In this document: piece by piece, positions 1 through 9,987 of the stretch
Numbering within the stretch: the stretch's first letter is position 1
Layout: each line of letters starts with the position of its first letter
Assembly (NCBI GenBank): GCA_902787955.1
Contig: CADAIJ010000007.1
Span: 128,326 to 192,325, forward strand
Length of the DNA stretch: 64,000 nt
Direction of reading: 5' to 3'
Source of the DNA: an uncultured Erysipelotrichaceae bacterium
Lineage (GTDB): Bacteria > Bacillota_I > Bacilli_A > RFN20 > CAG-826
Program-made: the position numbers and the translations under genes
The notes under the pieces: generated by a model
Told to the model about the DNA's origin: nothing
Databases searched by the model: none
The model's input: the letters and a program-made list of their open reading frames with translations, nothing else

Positions 1-762
1 TCTAGCGTCAGGCGCATAGTTATATGAATAATCATTCGAAGTCATATAATCACACATAGTAATGAATAATTTAATTTCGAAATCATTATGAAGAAGTGGA
101 AGATGTCTTTCACTTTCAATCTCGCCTTTAAAGTAATAAAGAAGATCCGCTAATTTGCCTAAAGAACAATCATAAGTTGGTTCAACTTTTAAGATTTGAG
201 GGGAACCTTTATGCGTTTTTTGCTCAATTATTCCCATAAATTCATTCACAATATCTTTCACATAATTAAAGTGAACTACATAACTACGGTCTCTAATCTC
301 AATTGGTAAATCATGAGCAATGTTATAGCAAAATGTCGCGCACGCACTGTTATAATTTGGTCTACACCACTTACCAAAAACATTCGATAAACGATAAATA
401 TAAACTGGAAGATTAGAAACAAATAAATAATCTTCACCCATCTTCTTAGATTTTCCATAATCATTATCGAGTTCCGCTTGAATTGAACTAGACATAATTA
501 TTGGAGTGTTCTTTTTATGTTCTTTAACTAAATCAACAAGCTTTTTAGTGAAGTTAGTATTTCCATCATAAAACTCTTCTTTAGTTAAAGGACGATTAAT
601 CCCTGCTAAATGAATAATGAAATCAGCTTCTTCAATATAAGTGTTAAGTTCCTCAGGAGTGGAATTTAAATCATATTCAAAAACTTGATATTCTTTTCTA
701 TTTAAAGCTAGGCACATGTGTTTTCCAATAAAACCATTTGCCCCGGTTACTAATATTTTCAT
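1..762 (-). CDS. NAD-dependent epimerase/dehydratase, CapF/FnlB-like (N-terminal part; the gene runs past the window start)
   Basis: Minus-strand ATG at 762. Translation begins MKILVTGANGFIGKHM, the Rossmann GxxGxxG of the SDR family. Sits directly downstream of the capG-like and capE-like genes. Confidence 0.55.
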   Translation of the reverse strand, partial: MKILVTGANGFIGKHMCLALNRKEYQVFEYDLNSTPEELNTYIEEADFIIHLAGINRPLTKEEFYDGNTNFTKKLVDLVKEHKKNTPIIMSSSIQAELDNDYGKSKKMGEDYLFVSNLPVYIYRLSNVFGKWCRPNYNSACATFCYNIAHDLPIEIRDRSYVVHFNYVKDIVNEFMGIIEQKTHKGSPQILKVEPTYDCSLGKLADLLYYFKGEIESERHLPLLHNDFEIKLFITMCDYMTSNDYSYNYAPDAR

Positions 763-774
763 ATAAGAACTCGC

Positions 775-1920
775 TTATTTTCTCCAAACCATCTTATTAA
801 CAACGCCAGTATAAGATTGGATAATTTTCATTACTTTATCGCTAACATTAGTGTCTTTATAATCATCCACTACTTTAGCACCATCTTTATTTAAGATAGC
901 TACTTCAACTGCTTGAAGAAGATTCTTTTCATCAATTCCAGCTAAGACAAAGCAACCAGCATCTAATGCTTCTGGTCTTTCAGTGGATGTTCTAATACAT
1001 ACTGCAGCGATTGGTTTATTAATAGATGTATAGAAACTAGATTCTTCTGGAAGTGTTCCACTATCACTTACAACGCAGTAAGCATTCATTTGTAAGTTAT
1101 TATAATCATGGAAACCTAAAGGTTCGTGCATAATGACACGTTTATCAAGTTTAAAGCCAGTAGCTTCTAATTTCTTTCTACTTCTTGGGTGACAAGAATA
1201 TAGAACAGGCATATCGTATTTTTCCGCAAGAGCGTTAATCGCATTAAATAATGAGTTAAAGTTTTTATCAGTATCAATGTTTTCTTCTCTATGCGCGCTT
1301 AATAAAATATATTTTCCTTTTTCTAAATGTAATTTATTTAAGATATCACTAGCTTCGATTTGTTTAAGATTATTAGTTAAAACCTCTGCCATTGGAGAAC
1401 CAGTAACAAAGGTTCTTTCTTTTGGAAGTCCACATTCCGCTAAATATCTTCTCGCGTGTTCACTATAAGCAAGATTTACATCAGAAATGATATCAACGAT
1501 ACGTCTATTTGTTTCTTCAGGTAAACATTCATCTTTACATCTATTACCAGCTTCCATATGGAAGATTGGAATATGAAGTCTTTTCGCACCTATAACACTT
1601 AAGCAACTATTCGTGTCACCTAAGACTAAGACTGCATCTGGTTTAAGTTCCACCATTACTTCATAAGATTTAGCAATGATGTTGCCCATTGTTTCCCCTA
1701 AATCTTTTCCAACCGCGTTTAAATAAATATCAGGATCTTTGATTCCTAAATCTTTAAAGAAAACACCGTTAAGATTGTAATCATAATTTTGACCAGTATG
1801 AACGAGTAAAGTATCAAAATAATCTCTCGCTTTATTAATAACCGCGGCGAGACGAATAATCTCAGGTCTAGTACCCACAATTATTAAGAGTTTAAGTTTG
1901 CCATTATCTTTAAATTTCAT
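775..1920 (-). CDS. UDP-N-acetylglucosamine 2-epimerase (non-hydrolysing), CapG/FnlC/WecB-like
   Basis: The ORF track gives 775..1959, but an internal Met (MKFKDNGKLKLLIIVGTRPEIIRL) is preceded by GGAGGA, so 1920 is the likely start. The GTRPE motif and overall length fit the WecB family. Confidence 0.8.
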   Translation of the reverse strand: MKFKDNGKLKLLIIVGTRPEIIRLAAVINKARDYFDTLLVHTGQNYDYNLNGVFFKDLGIKDPDIYLNAVGKDLGETMGNIIAKSYEVMVELKPDAVLVLGDTNSCLSVIGAKRLHIPIFHMEAGNRCKDECLPEETNRRIVDIISDVNLAYSEHARRYLAECGLPKERTFVTGSPMAEVLTNNLKQIEASDILNKLHLEKGKYILLSAHREENIDTDKNFNSLFNAINALAEKYDMPVLYSCHPRSRKKLEATGFKLDKRVIMHEPLGFHDYNNLQMNAYCVVSDSGTLPEESSFYTSINKPIAAVCIRTSTERPEALDAGCFVLAGIDEKNLLQAVEVAILNKDGAKVVDDYKDTNVSDKVMKIIQSYTGVVNKMVWRK

Positions 1921-1933
1921 ATAGGAAGTCCTC

Positions 1934-3127
1934 CTAATCGTGTTGTCTAACTGGTCCACCGAATAATTCTAGTTTCTTAAGTAATTCTTTCATACCTTTA
2001 ACATCAAGTCGAACAGTATTATGAGAAGTATAGCTCTCTCCTAAGTTTAACTTCTTATTGCCTTTAGAGAAATACTTATCGTAGTTTAAATCACGGTTAT
2101 CGGCTTTAACACAGAAGAAATTACCTAAATCCACAGCTTTTAACATTTCTTCTTGAGTAACTAAGGTTTCAAATAATTTTTCACCATGTCTTGTACCAAT
2201 ATAAGAGATACCAGTTTTACTACCAGTTAATTCAATGATAGCTTTAGCTAAGACATCGATTGTCGCTGCTGGAGCTTTTTGAACGAATAGGTCACCTTGT
2301 TCACCATGTTCAAAAGCGTATAAAACAAGATCAACCGCATCATCTAATGTCATCATAAATCTCGTCATATCTGGATTAGTAATAGTGATTGGCTTTCCTT
2401 CATGAATTTGATTTAAGAATAAAGGAATAACTGAACCTCTACTTGCCATAACGTTCCCATATCTTGTTAAACAAAGGATTGTATCGCCTTCAAGGAGTTG
2501 TCTACTTCTAGCGATAACATTCTTTTCCATTAAAGCTTTAGAAATACCCATCGCGTTAATTGGATAAGCCGCTTTATCAGTGGAAAGGAAGATAGCTTTT
2601 TTAACATGATTTCTAACACATGCGGTAATAACGTTATCAGAACCAATAACATTAGTTCTTACAGCTTCCATTGGATAGAATTCACAAGATGGAACTTGTT
2701 TTAAAGCTGCGGCAGAGAAAACATAATCAACACCTTTAAAGGCATCGATAATTGAATCTAAGTTTCTAACATCTCCAATATAGAATTTAAGTTTGGAGTT
2801 ATTGTAGAGCTTTCTCATATCATCTTGTTTCTTTTCATCACGAGAAAGGATTCTAATTTCTTTAATTTCAGTATCTAAGAATCTATCTACGACAGCGTGA
2901 CCAAAGCTACCTGTTCCTCCGGTAATAAGAAGAACTTTATCTTTTAAGATGGAAGTATCTTTAGCAGCATATTCCATTAAACGATCTTTAATACCTTCAA
3001 GTTTGATTTGATCGGAATTCTTTTCATCACTTTCGTATGAAATATAAGTTCTAAGTGGCATTTGGACGACATTTGCCGCTTCTTTTTGAGTTAACTTGCA
3101 ATTTTTGCGTAATTCTTTTAGTGTCAT
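1934..3127 (-). CDS. UDP-GlcNAc 4,6-dehydratase/epimerase (CapE/FnlA/CapD-like) with an N-terminal XRE-type HTH of about 50 aa
   Basis: LITGGTGSFG nucleotide-binding motif typical of the CapD/PseB/FnlA family. The N-terminus MTLKELRKNCKLTQKEAANVVQMPLRTYISYE is a clear HTH_3 motif, and GAGGTG lies 7 nt before the ATG at 3127. Confidence 0.75.
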   Translation of the reverse strand: MTLKELRKNCKLTQKEAANVVQMPLRTYISYESDEKNSDQIKLEGIKDRLMEYAAKDTSILKDKVLLITGGTGSFGHAVVDRFLDTEIKEIRILSRDEKKQDDMRKLYNNSKLKFYIGDVRNLDSIIDAFKGVDYVFSAAALKQVPSCEFYPMEAVRTNVIGSDNVITACVRNHVKKAIFLSTDKAAYPINAMGISKALMEKNVIARSRQLLEGDTILCLTRYGNVMASRGSVIPLFLNQIHEGKPITITNPDMTRFMMTLDDAVDLVLYAFEHGEQGDLFVQKAPAATIDVLAKAIIELTGSKTGISYIGTRHGEKLFETLVTQEEMLKAVDLGNFFCVKADNRDLNYDKYFSKGNKKLNLGESYTSHNTVRLDVKGMKELLKKLELFGGPVRQHD

Positions 3128-3276
3128 TTTTGCACCTCGCTACCTATTAATATATTAAATATGAAAATTATTGCAAGTAGAAATATGCAGTTTTTGCACT
3201 TTTTCAAATTTTGTTAATCTTTATTATTCTTTATTCTTTATTAATTTATATAAGAGTATAATTATTTAAGTTATTT

Positions 3277-3912
3277 ATGACTTTCGAAATATTAATTCAG
3301 ATCTTCTTTCTAGGCATTGGTCTATCAATGGATGCTTTTTCAGTAGCCTTAACAGATGGACTAACTTATAAAGATATTGATAAAAAGAAATCATTTTTTA
3401 TTGCGGGTACATTTGGTTTCCTTCAAGCTTTAATGCCACTTATAGGTTTCTTCCTTGTTGAAATTGTTGAACTTATTGTTGGAGAAACCGCTGGCGCAAA
3501 GGCTGGGGAACTTACTTCTTTAGTCGTTGTGTGGGCTGCTTTTGCTCTTCTTTTATTTATCGGCGCTAAGATGTTAATCGAATCCATTATTGAAATGAGA
3601 AAACCAGCTGAAGAGAAGAATGAAAGAGTATTTTCGTTTAAAGAGGTTATATTCTTTGGCTTTGCCACTGCAATCGATGCTTTAGCAGCAGGAGTAGCAA
3701 TGCATACAGGATTATCTTCAACCACCACTGTATGGTTACATGTTTCTATAATTCTTGTTTTAACATTTGGCTTATCATTAGTTGGTTTATTCTTAGGAAA
3801 ACAAATTGTAAAATTACTTAAAGGAAAATATGAAATCTCTGGTATTATCGGAGGAATTATCCTAATTCTATTAGCGGTTTGGGTGGCTGTTAGTCACTAT
3901 ACAGGTTTGTAA
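3277..3912 (+). CDS. mntP: manganese efflux pump MntP family
   Basis: N-terminus FLGIGLSMDAFSVAL and a second DA-containing half-repeat; about 6 TM helices; 211 aa. Confidence 0.75.
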   Translation: MTFEILIQIFFLGIGLSMDAFSVALTDGLTYKDIDKKKSFFIAGTFGFLQALMPLIGFFLVEIVELIVGETAGAKAGELTSLVVVWAAFALLLFIGAKMLIESIIEMRKPAEEKNERVFSFKEVIFFGFATAIDALAAGVAMHTGLSSTTTVWLHVSIILVLTFGLSLVGLFLGKQIVKLLKGKYEISGIIGGIILILLAVWVAVSHYTGL

Positions 3913-4120
3913 AAAACATATAAGAACTAAGCTGAATAAGAAAAGAAGCAGCCTTGATGGGTGGACTGAAATCTTGAGGTGCAAAAATTTCACCGCAAAT
4001 TCTTTTTTCTAAATCTAGATATCTCCCACATTCCTTTACTGAACAAAGCATTTACATAATTGTATATAATTGAATGATGATAAAATAATGATAAGGTTAT
4101 GATAGAAAAGAGGATACATT

Positions 4121-4366
4121 ATGTTGGACATTAGACCAATTTCAGATTTAAGAAACAAATTTACAGATATTGAAAAAGCAGTTCAAGCAAACGGCCACGT
4201 TGTTTTAACAAAAAATGGGTATGGTTCAATGGTTGTTCTTTCGATTGAAGAGTATTCTCGTCTTACTAACGCTTTAGAATTAGCGTTAGATGAAGCTGAT
4301 CATCTTGCTGAATCTACTTCTTCACGACTAACACATAATAAAATTTTTCGTGGTTTGAAAAAATAG
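4121..4366 (+). CDS. Phd/YefM-family type II antitoxin (orphan; no adjacent toxin ORF)
   Basis: 81 aa. The pattern ISDLRNKFTDIEKAV...VVLTKNGYGSMVVLSIEEYSRL matches the YefM/Phd fold signature. Confidence 0.65.
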   Translation: MLDIRPISDLRNKFTDIEKAVQANGHVVLTKNGYGSMVVLSIEEYSRLTNALELALDEADHLAESTSSRLTHNKIFRGLKK

Positions 4367-4503
4367 TATGGCGAAATAAAAATAATGGAAATCCATCGGT
4401 TTTTATATAACAAACGAAATAGAACAGTAATAGTTTAAATAGACTTCTTAAATCAAAATAAAAAGAGATAGCATAGCTATCTCATTTTACTAATTAGCTT
4501 TAA

Positions 4504-5211
4504 TTATAAGTTAACGTTATGGAATACGTTTTGAACGTCTTCAAGTTCATCAAGAGTGTCTAATAATTCTTGGAACTTAGCTTTGCTTTCTTCATCTGGC
4601 ATATCGATATATTCGTTTGGTACCATTTGAATTTCAGCTTCTTCATATTCAGTAACACCTAAGCCTTCAAGAACTTCTTTAGCTTGAGCGAATGCTGATG
4701 GTGCGACATAGACAACAATTAAGTCTTCATCTTGTTCAACGGATTGAACATCAACATCTCCTAAAATGAGAGCTTCTTCAACTTCACTGACGTTATTACC
4801 CTTAAAGACTAAAACACCATATTCAGTGAAGTTATAAGCGACACTACCTAAGTGACCACCTTTACGAGTGACTTCAGTTTTAACACTGACGAACGCTCTA
4901 TTTTGGTTATCAGAAAGGGTATCAACAATAATATAAGAATTATGTGGACCAAAGAATTCATAACGGCCAGCGATAAAGACTTCAGCATCGCCACCTTGTG
5001 CTTTCTTAATAGCACGGTCAAAGACGTCACGTGGAACTGATTTACCACGATATTTTTCATAAACTGCTCTTAAGGCTAAGTTAGTTTTTGGATCAGGAGA
5101 ACCAGTTCTAGCTGCCATATATGCTTCTCTAGAAGCACGAGCGTATAAAGCTGATTTAATTTTGCCGGTTCTTGCCATAGCTGCGGCACGAACTTCATGA
5201 TGTCTTCCCAT
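4504..5211 (-). CDS. YebC/PmpR-family DNA-binding regulator
   Basis: Family-like N-terminus MGRHHEVRAAAMARTGKIK and overall length. AAAGGAG lies 8 nt before the ATG at 5211, so the track start at 5235 is probably 8 codons too long. Confidence 0.7.
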   Translation of the reverse strand: MGRHHEVRAAAMARTGKIKSALYARASREAYMAARTGSPDPKTNLALRAVYEKYRGKSVPRDVFDRAIKKAQGGDAEVFIAGRYEFFGPHNSYIIVDTLSDNQNRAFVSVKTEVTRKGGHLGSVAYNFTEYGVLVFKGNNVSEVEEALILGDVDVQSVEQDEDLIVVYVAPSAFAQAKEVLEGLGVTEYEEAEIQMVPNEYIDMPDEESKAKFQELLDTLDELEDVQNVFHNVNL

Positions 5212-5295
5212 AGTTTTATCTCCTTTTGGACGCACACTATTATACTATTATTAATAATAAGTGCCAAAAATTTTTTAATTTTTATTAAATAAATG

Positions 5296-5946
5296 TCAAC
5301 TAATCTCTAGTTCAATTATATCTGTTACATTGCATTTTAAAGCGTTCGAAAGTTTAAGCAAAATTGAGATTGACGCATTATTAATATTCTTTCTTTTTAT
5401 TTCATAATCTTGAAGTGTTCTTAAATTAACTCCAGAATAGTTTGCCAATTCTGATTGGGAAAGACCCATCGCTTTTCTTCTTGCTTGGAGCCTGCTAATT
5501 TGTTTTCTTTCTCCAATAATTCTTAGTAAAACATCAACAAACTTATCCTCACTCGCTTCGTGAAGTGGATAGTAAAGTGATGATATTTCATTCATCTTTA
5601 CAAGAGAAAGAATTGTGCTATAAGGTATTTGTGTAACATATTGAAAATAAGATAACATAGAGCCGGTCCAATACGCCACAATATCAGTTTTGCTAAAATC
5701 TAAATCCTCATTGCATGGATTCAATCCGATTTTATTTATCACAATTAAAGCTAATTCAGCCCCACTTATGCCCGTAGTGTATTTTGGATTTAATCCCTCA
5801 ATTTCTTTCAAGATTTTGGAAAAGAATAAATTTGTGATAAAAACATCCAAATCTAATTGATAATTTATAGAAACAAATGAAAATGCATCTCCCATGTTTT
5901 CCATAAGAGTTTCTAAAAGCATTTTATCCAAATTCTTGTTTTCCAT
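5296..5946 (-). CDS. transcriptional regulator with a C-terminal XRE-type HTH
   Basis: C-terminal LSQSELANYSGVNLRTLQDYE is an HTH_3 motif; the N-terminal domain is unknown. Confidence 0.5.
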   Translation of the reverse strand: MENKNLDKMLLETLMENMGDAFSFVSINYQLDLDVFITNLFFSKILKEIEGLNPKYTTGISGAELALIVINKIGLNPCNEDLDFSKTDIVAYWTGSMLSYFQYVTQIPYSTILSLVKMNEISSLYYPLHEASEDKFVDVLLRIIGERKQISRLQARRKAMGLSQSELANYSGVNLRTLQDYEIKRKNINNASISILLKLSNALKCNVTDIIELEIS

Positions 5947-5982
5947 AATTAAATTATACGACCAAAAGCGTATAGAATAATA

Positions 5983-6669
5983 CTAATTAAACAAAGACTT
6001 AATATCAGTTAAACGATTCAAAGTTTTAAAGATGTATTTTTCTAAATCTTTTGTCGGTTTAGTTAAATCAGGAATAAATATTCCCTTAATACCAGCGTTA
6101 TACGCGGATTTGATTCCATTTGGAGAATCTTCCACCGCTAAAACATCATTAGGATTTAAATGGGCTTTTTCTAAAGCATATAAATATACATCAGGGTTAG
6201 GTTTACCAACCTTAACTTCTTTCGTAGAAATAATATCTTCTAAATATGGGAATAAACCATATTCTTGAGTCATCTTAGTCGCATCATCTTTTCTAGTCGC
6301 GGTTACGATATAGCATTTAATTCCTCTATCTTTTAAGTAAGTTAGAATTTGTACCGCTCCATCTTTGACTGGGATTGGATGAGACTTAACATATTCGTTC
6401 ATTTTCTCTCTTCTAACTTCTCTAGCTCTTTTATATAAAGAATAATCACCGTACCATTTTTCAAATAGGTTCCCGGCTAAATTAGCGTCTAAGCTTCTTA
6501 ATTCTAAAGCTTGTTCATAGGTTAAAGTGTAACCAAAAGATGCAACTGCTTCTCTCCAGAAACGATTGTAATAAGGTTCACTATTGATTAAGGTTCCATC
6601 TAAATCAAAGAAGATGGCTTTTATGTCTTTTAAGTTATTAGGCATCTTCATGATCTCCATAGCCAACAT
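5983..6669 (-). CDS. HAD-superfamily hydrolase (beta-phosphoglucomutase-like subfamily)
   Basis: FFDLDGTL motif I near the N-terminus; later DS and K-x-PNPD motifs. The true start may be an internal Met near 6645. Confidence 0.7.
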   Translation of the reverse strand: MLAMEIMKMPNNLKDIKAIFFDLDGTLINSEPYYNRFWREAVASFGYTLTYEQALELRSLDANLAGNLFEKWYGDYSLYKRAREVRREKMNEYVKSHPIPVKDGAVQILTYLKDRGIKCYIVTATRKDDATKMTQEYGLFPYLEDIISTKEVKVGKPNPDVYLYALEKAHLNPNDVLAVEDSPNGIKSAYNAGIKGIFIPDLTKPTKDLEKYIFKTLNRLTDIKSLFN

Positions 6670-7387
6670 GTGCTAAAAAGAGTCCTTCTGGAGGTGCTTT
6701 ATATGGAGTAACTGAACGATCTTCTCTAGTTAATAAATCTTCAATATCTTCTTTATCAAGTTTTCCTAATCCGACTTCCACTAATGTGCCAACAATTAAT
6801 CTAACCATATATCTCATGAAGCCGGATCCCGTTATTTGGAAAACTAAACCTTCATCTACTTGATCAACGTTAAATTCAAAGATTGTTCTTTCAAAGTCGT
6901 TTTTATCTTCTTCTTTAGTAGTGAAATTTTTAAAATTATGCTTTCCAATAAAAAGTTGAGCGCATTCTTTAATTTTATTAACATCAAGAGGTCTCATAAA
7001 TTGGGTGATAATATGACGGTTAAAGATATCATATTCGCCCATGTTAAGCGTGTATAAATATGTTTTATCCACAACATCGTATCTAGCGTGGAAATTGTCT
7101 TCTACAATTGAGAAGGCTTTAACGTGAATATCGTTAGGAAGCAAACGGTTCACACTATAACGGAATTTATTAAGATCAACGATTGAAGATTCAACATCAA
7201 AATGGAATACTTGGGCAATCGCATGGACACCAGCGTCAGTTCTTCCAGAACCATGGATACGTGTTGGTGTATTTAAAATTTGGGAAATTACTTTCTCAAT
7301 TTCTTCTTGAACACTTCTTCCGTTTGGTTGAATCTGCCAACCTACAAAATTAGTGCCATCATAAGATACGATTCCGATATATCTCAT
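6638..7387 (-). CDS. truA: tRNA pseudouridine(38-40) synthase TruA
   Basis: The truA-ecfT-ecfA2-ecfA1 neighbourhood conserved in Firmicutes; N-terminus MRYIGIVSYDGTNFVGWQ fits TruA; RTD catalytic-Asp motif. Confidence 0.8.
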   Translation of the reverse strand: MRYIGIVSYDGTNFVGWQIQPNGRSVQEEIEKVISQILNTPTRIHGSGRTDAGVHAIAQVFHFDVESSIVDLNKFRYSVNRLLPNDIHVKAFSIVEDNFHARYDVVDKTYLYTLNMGEYDIFNRHIITQFMRPLDVNKIKECAQLFIGKHNFKNFTTKEEDKNDFERTIFEFNVDQVDEGLVFQITGSGFMRYMVRLIVGTLVEVGLGKLDKEDIEDLLTREDRSVTPYKAPPEGLFLAHVGYGDHEDA

Positions 7388-8322
7388 ACTTTCCTCCTAA
7401 AGGTAGTATAAAAGATTCCAATTAAAACAAATATAATAAATATTGCAAACTCAACTAAAAGAGAAAAAGCGAAAAAGAGGTCACTTGTTATGGCTAAATT
7501 TAATACTGAAACCACGACCACACCTGCGGTAATTGCACTAACATAAAGTAAAGAAACACTATCTTTAAATGACCATTTTGGCTTACGGAATCTAGTTCTT
7601 TTTCCTTTTGGATTATAGCCTCTAGCTTCCATAGCATCAGCAAGTTCATCACTTCTTTCAAAAGCAGAAACAAATAATGGGACAATTAAAGATACGATAG
7701 CGTGCATCTTTTCAACAAATTTACCATGTTTAAAATCAACACCCCTACTTGTCTGTGCGTTCATAATACGATGAGTTTCATCTAAGATTGTTGGAATAAA
7801 TCTAAGTGCGATTGAAAGAGTCATCGCTACAACATGAGTTGGGAATTTAAAGAGCTTAAGAGGGGCTAAAAACCATTCAAACGCAAATGTTAAATCAAGT
7901 GGTTTAGTGGTTTGAGTAAGAATTAAAGTTAATGAAATCATTAAGATTAAACGAATAGTGATCTTGATACTTTGGAAAATAGATGCCCAATAAACATCAT
8001 AATTCCACATTGTCCACGCCACTCCATAAGCTTCTTTATTTGGGCCAGGAATAAAGATATTAATGATTAGTAATAGAAGAATCATGAACCAAAGTGCGGA
8101 TAATGATTTAATAAAGTCTTTAAATCTAATCTTGGAAACAATCATTAAACCAAAGATAAATAAGGCTAATATTCCATCAACGATAAAAGTAACTTCATAA
8201 GTAGAGAATTGGAAAAAGATAGCCACCATTAAAAGGATAAGAGCAAGAATCTTATTTCTAGGATCTAGCCTATGAATGAAAGTATCATAAGCAACATAAC
8301 GACCAATCGATAATCTTGCCAT
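7384..8322 (-). CDS. ecfT: ECF transporter transmembrane component EcfT
   Basis: Polytopic membrane protein immediately downstream of two ECF-type ABC ATPases. Confidence 0.75.
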   Translation of the reverse strand: MARLSIGRYVAYDTFIHRLDPRNKILALILLMVAIFFQFSTYEVTFIVDGILALFIFGLMIVSKIRFKDFIKSLSALWFMILLLLIINIFIPGPNKEAYGVAWTMWNYDVYWASIFQSIKITIRLILMISLTLILTQTTKPLDLTFAFEWFLAPLKLFKFPTHVVAMTLSIALRFIPTILDETHRIMNAQTSRGVDFKHGKFVEKMHAIVSLIVPLFVSAFERSDELADAMEARGYNPKGKRTRFRKPKWSFKDSVSLLYVSAITAGVVVVSVLNLAITSDLFFAFSLLVEFAIFIIFVLIGIFYTTFRRKV

Positions 8323-9176
8323 TATTTTGCTCTTCCTTTTACTATTTCATCCACGAGGGAAGATATATCTTTTACTTTTGTTAAATCTAGCTTTAAACCT
8401 TTATCGATTAAGGCTTTTGCAAGTAAAGAAATTTGAGGTGTTTCAAGATTATATTCTTCTTGATTTTCGATAAATAACTCTGCAGGAGTCGCCTCTTTTA
8501 CGATTTCTTTATCTTTCATCACAATAACGTTAGTAGCGTATTCTAAGACTAAAGACATATCATGAGTAACAAAGATAACAGTCTTACCTTCTTCATTAAT
8601 TGTTTTAAATAAATTCATGATTTCTTTAGTGCCAGTTGGGTCAAGCCCAGCGGTAGGTTCATCAAGAACTAAAACATCAGGAGACATTGCTAAAATACCA
8701 GCAATAGCCACTCTACGTTTTTCTCCACCAGATAATTCAAATGGAGATTTTTCAAAATATGATTCTGGAATGCCAACTTTCTTTAAGCATTCAATTGATA
8801 TTTTTCTAGCATCTTCAGCTTTAGCGCCAAAATTAAGTGGGCCAAACATAACATCTTTCAAGATAGTTTCTTCGAAAAGCTGATTTTCAGAGAATTGGAA
8901 AACCACTCCAACTTTTTTACGTAAATCTTTAAGTTTTTTAGTTCTTCTTTTCTTATTCGTGGTTAAAACATATGTATCGACATTAACTTCACCACTAGTA
9001 GGAATAAGTAAACCATTTAAATGTTGAATTAAGGTTGATTTACCGCATCCGGTTTTACCAACGATACCCGTAAAAGAACCTTCTTTAATATCAAGGTTAA
9101 CATCCTTAAGAGCATTAAATTCATAAGGCGTTTTAGGAGAATATGTATAAGAGACATCAAGGAACTTTATTTGCAT
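8322..9176 (-). CDS. ecfA2: ECF transporter ATPase EcfA2
   Basis: Walker A GKTGCGKST, ABC signature LSGGEKRR, Walker B VLVLDEPTAGLD. Confidence 0.8.
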   Translation of the reverse strand: MQIKFLDVSYTYSPKTPYEFNALKDVNLDIKEGSFTGIVGKTGCGKSTLIQHLNGLLIPTSGEVNVDTYVLTTNKKRRTKKLKDLRKKVGVVFQFSENQLFEETILKDVMFGPLNFGAKAEDARKISIECLKKVGIPESYFEKSPFELSGGEKRRVAIAGILAMSPDVLVLDEPTAGLDPTGTKEIMNLFKTINEEGKTVIFVTHDMSLVLEYATNVIVMKDKEIVKEATPAELFIENQEEYNLETPQISLLAKALIDKGLKLDLTKVKDISSLVDEIVKGRAK

Positions 9177-9982
9177 ATTTCATCAACCATCCTTTGAATG
9201 TCTTTATATTCATTTACTTTAATTCCACGTTTATTAAGTTCTTCTTTAACTTCGTATAAAAATGGGACATTTAGTCCAATTCGCTTGAGATCTGAGGCTT
9301 TTTCTAAAATTTCTTCAGGTTTTCCTTTAGCGAAAATCTTTCCATGTTCTAAAACAATAATCTCGTCACTTTGGAAAGCTTCTTCAATATCATGAGTAAT
9401 AGAAATTAAAGTTAAATTTGGATTCTTTTCTCTAAGCTTAACAATCGTATCATGGATATCTTTTCTTCCAACTGGATCAAGCATAGAAGTTGCTTCATCA
9501 AAGATAATAACATCAGGGTTAAGGGCAAGAACACCAGCGATTGCCACTCTTTGTTTTTGGCCACCGGAAAGCATCTCTGGCTCTTTTTCTAAATAGTCTT
9601 CCATCCCTACTTCTTTTGTGAACTTTAAAATAATATCGTTCATCTCTTCGTGAGGGACTCTTCTATTTTCTAAACCAAAAGCAATATCATCTTGAACAGT
9701 TGAACCGATAAACTGATTATCTGGGTTTTGGAAAACGATACCAATATGACTTCTGATTTCTTCAATATTTTGTCTATTATAAGCCAAATTAAAAGCGGAT
9801 ATACTTCCTTCTTTTTTAACAAGTAAACCCATAAGTAGCTTAGCTAAAGTTGATTTACCAGAGCCATTATGGCCAATGATGGAATAGTATTTACCGCTTT
9901 CGATTACAAATGAAACCTTATCAAGAACATATTTCTCATTCTCATAATAAAAACTAAGATCTTTTACTTCGATAAGGTTCAT
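9167..9982 (-). CDS. ecfA1: ECF transporter ATPase EcfA1
   Basis: Walker A GHNGSGKST, LSGGQKQR, IIFDEATSMLD. Confidence 0.8.
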   Translation of the reverse strand: MNLIEVKDLSFYYENEKYVLDKVSFVIESGKYYSIIGHNGSGKSTLAKLLMGLLVKKEGSISAFNLAYNRQNIEEIRSHIGIVFQNPDNQFIGSTVQDDIAFGLENRRVPHEEMNDIILKFTKEVGMEDYLEKEPEMLSGGQKQRVAIAGVLALNPDVIIFDEATSMLDPVGRKDIHDTIVKLREKNPNLTLISITHDIEEAFQSDEIIVLEHGKIFAKGKPEEILEKASDLKRIGLNVPFLYEVKEELNKRGIKVNEYKDIQRMVDEICK

Positions 9983-9987
9983 ATTTT

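Noticed and set aside
3423-3728. Antisense ORFs inside well-supported genes (also 4848-5060, 6032-6268, 8617-8883, 15260-16594, 34522-36807, 41963-42304, 60606-61604 and others)
   Set aside because: They are fully embedded in longer ORFs with clear family signatures on the opposite strand. They have no RBS and biased low-complexity translations typical of AT-rich antisense frames.
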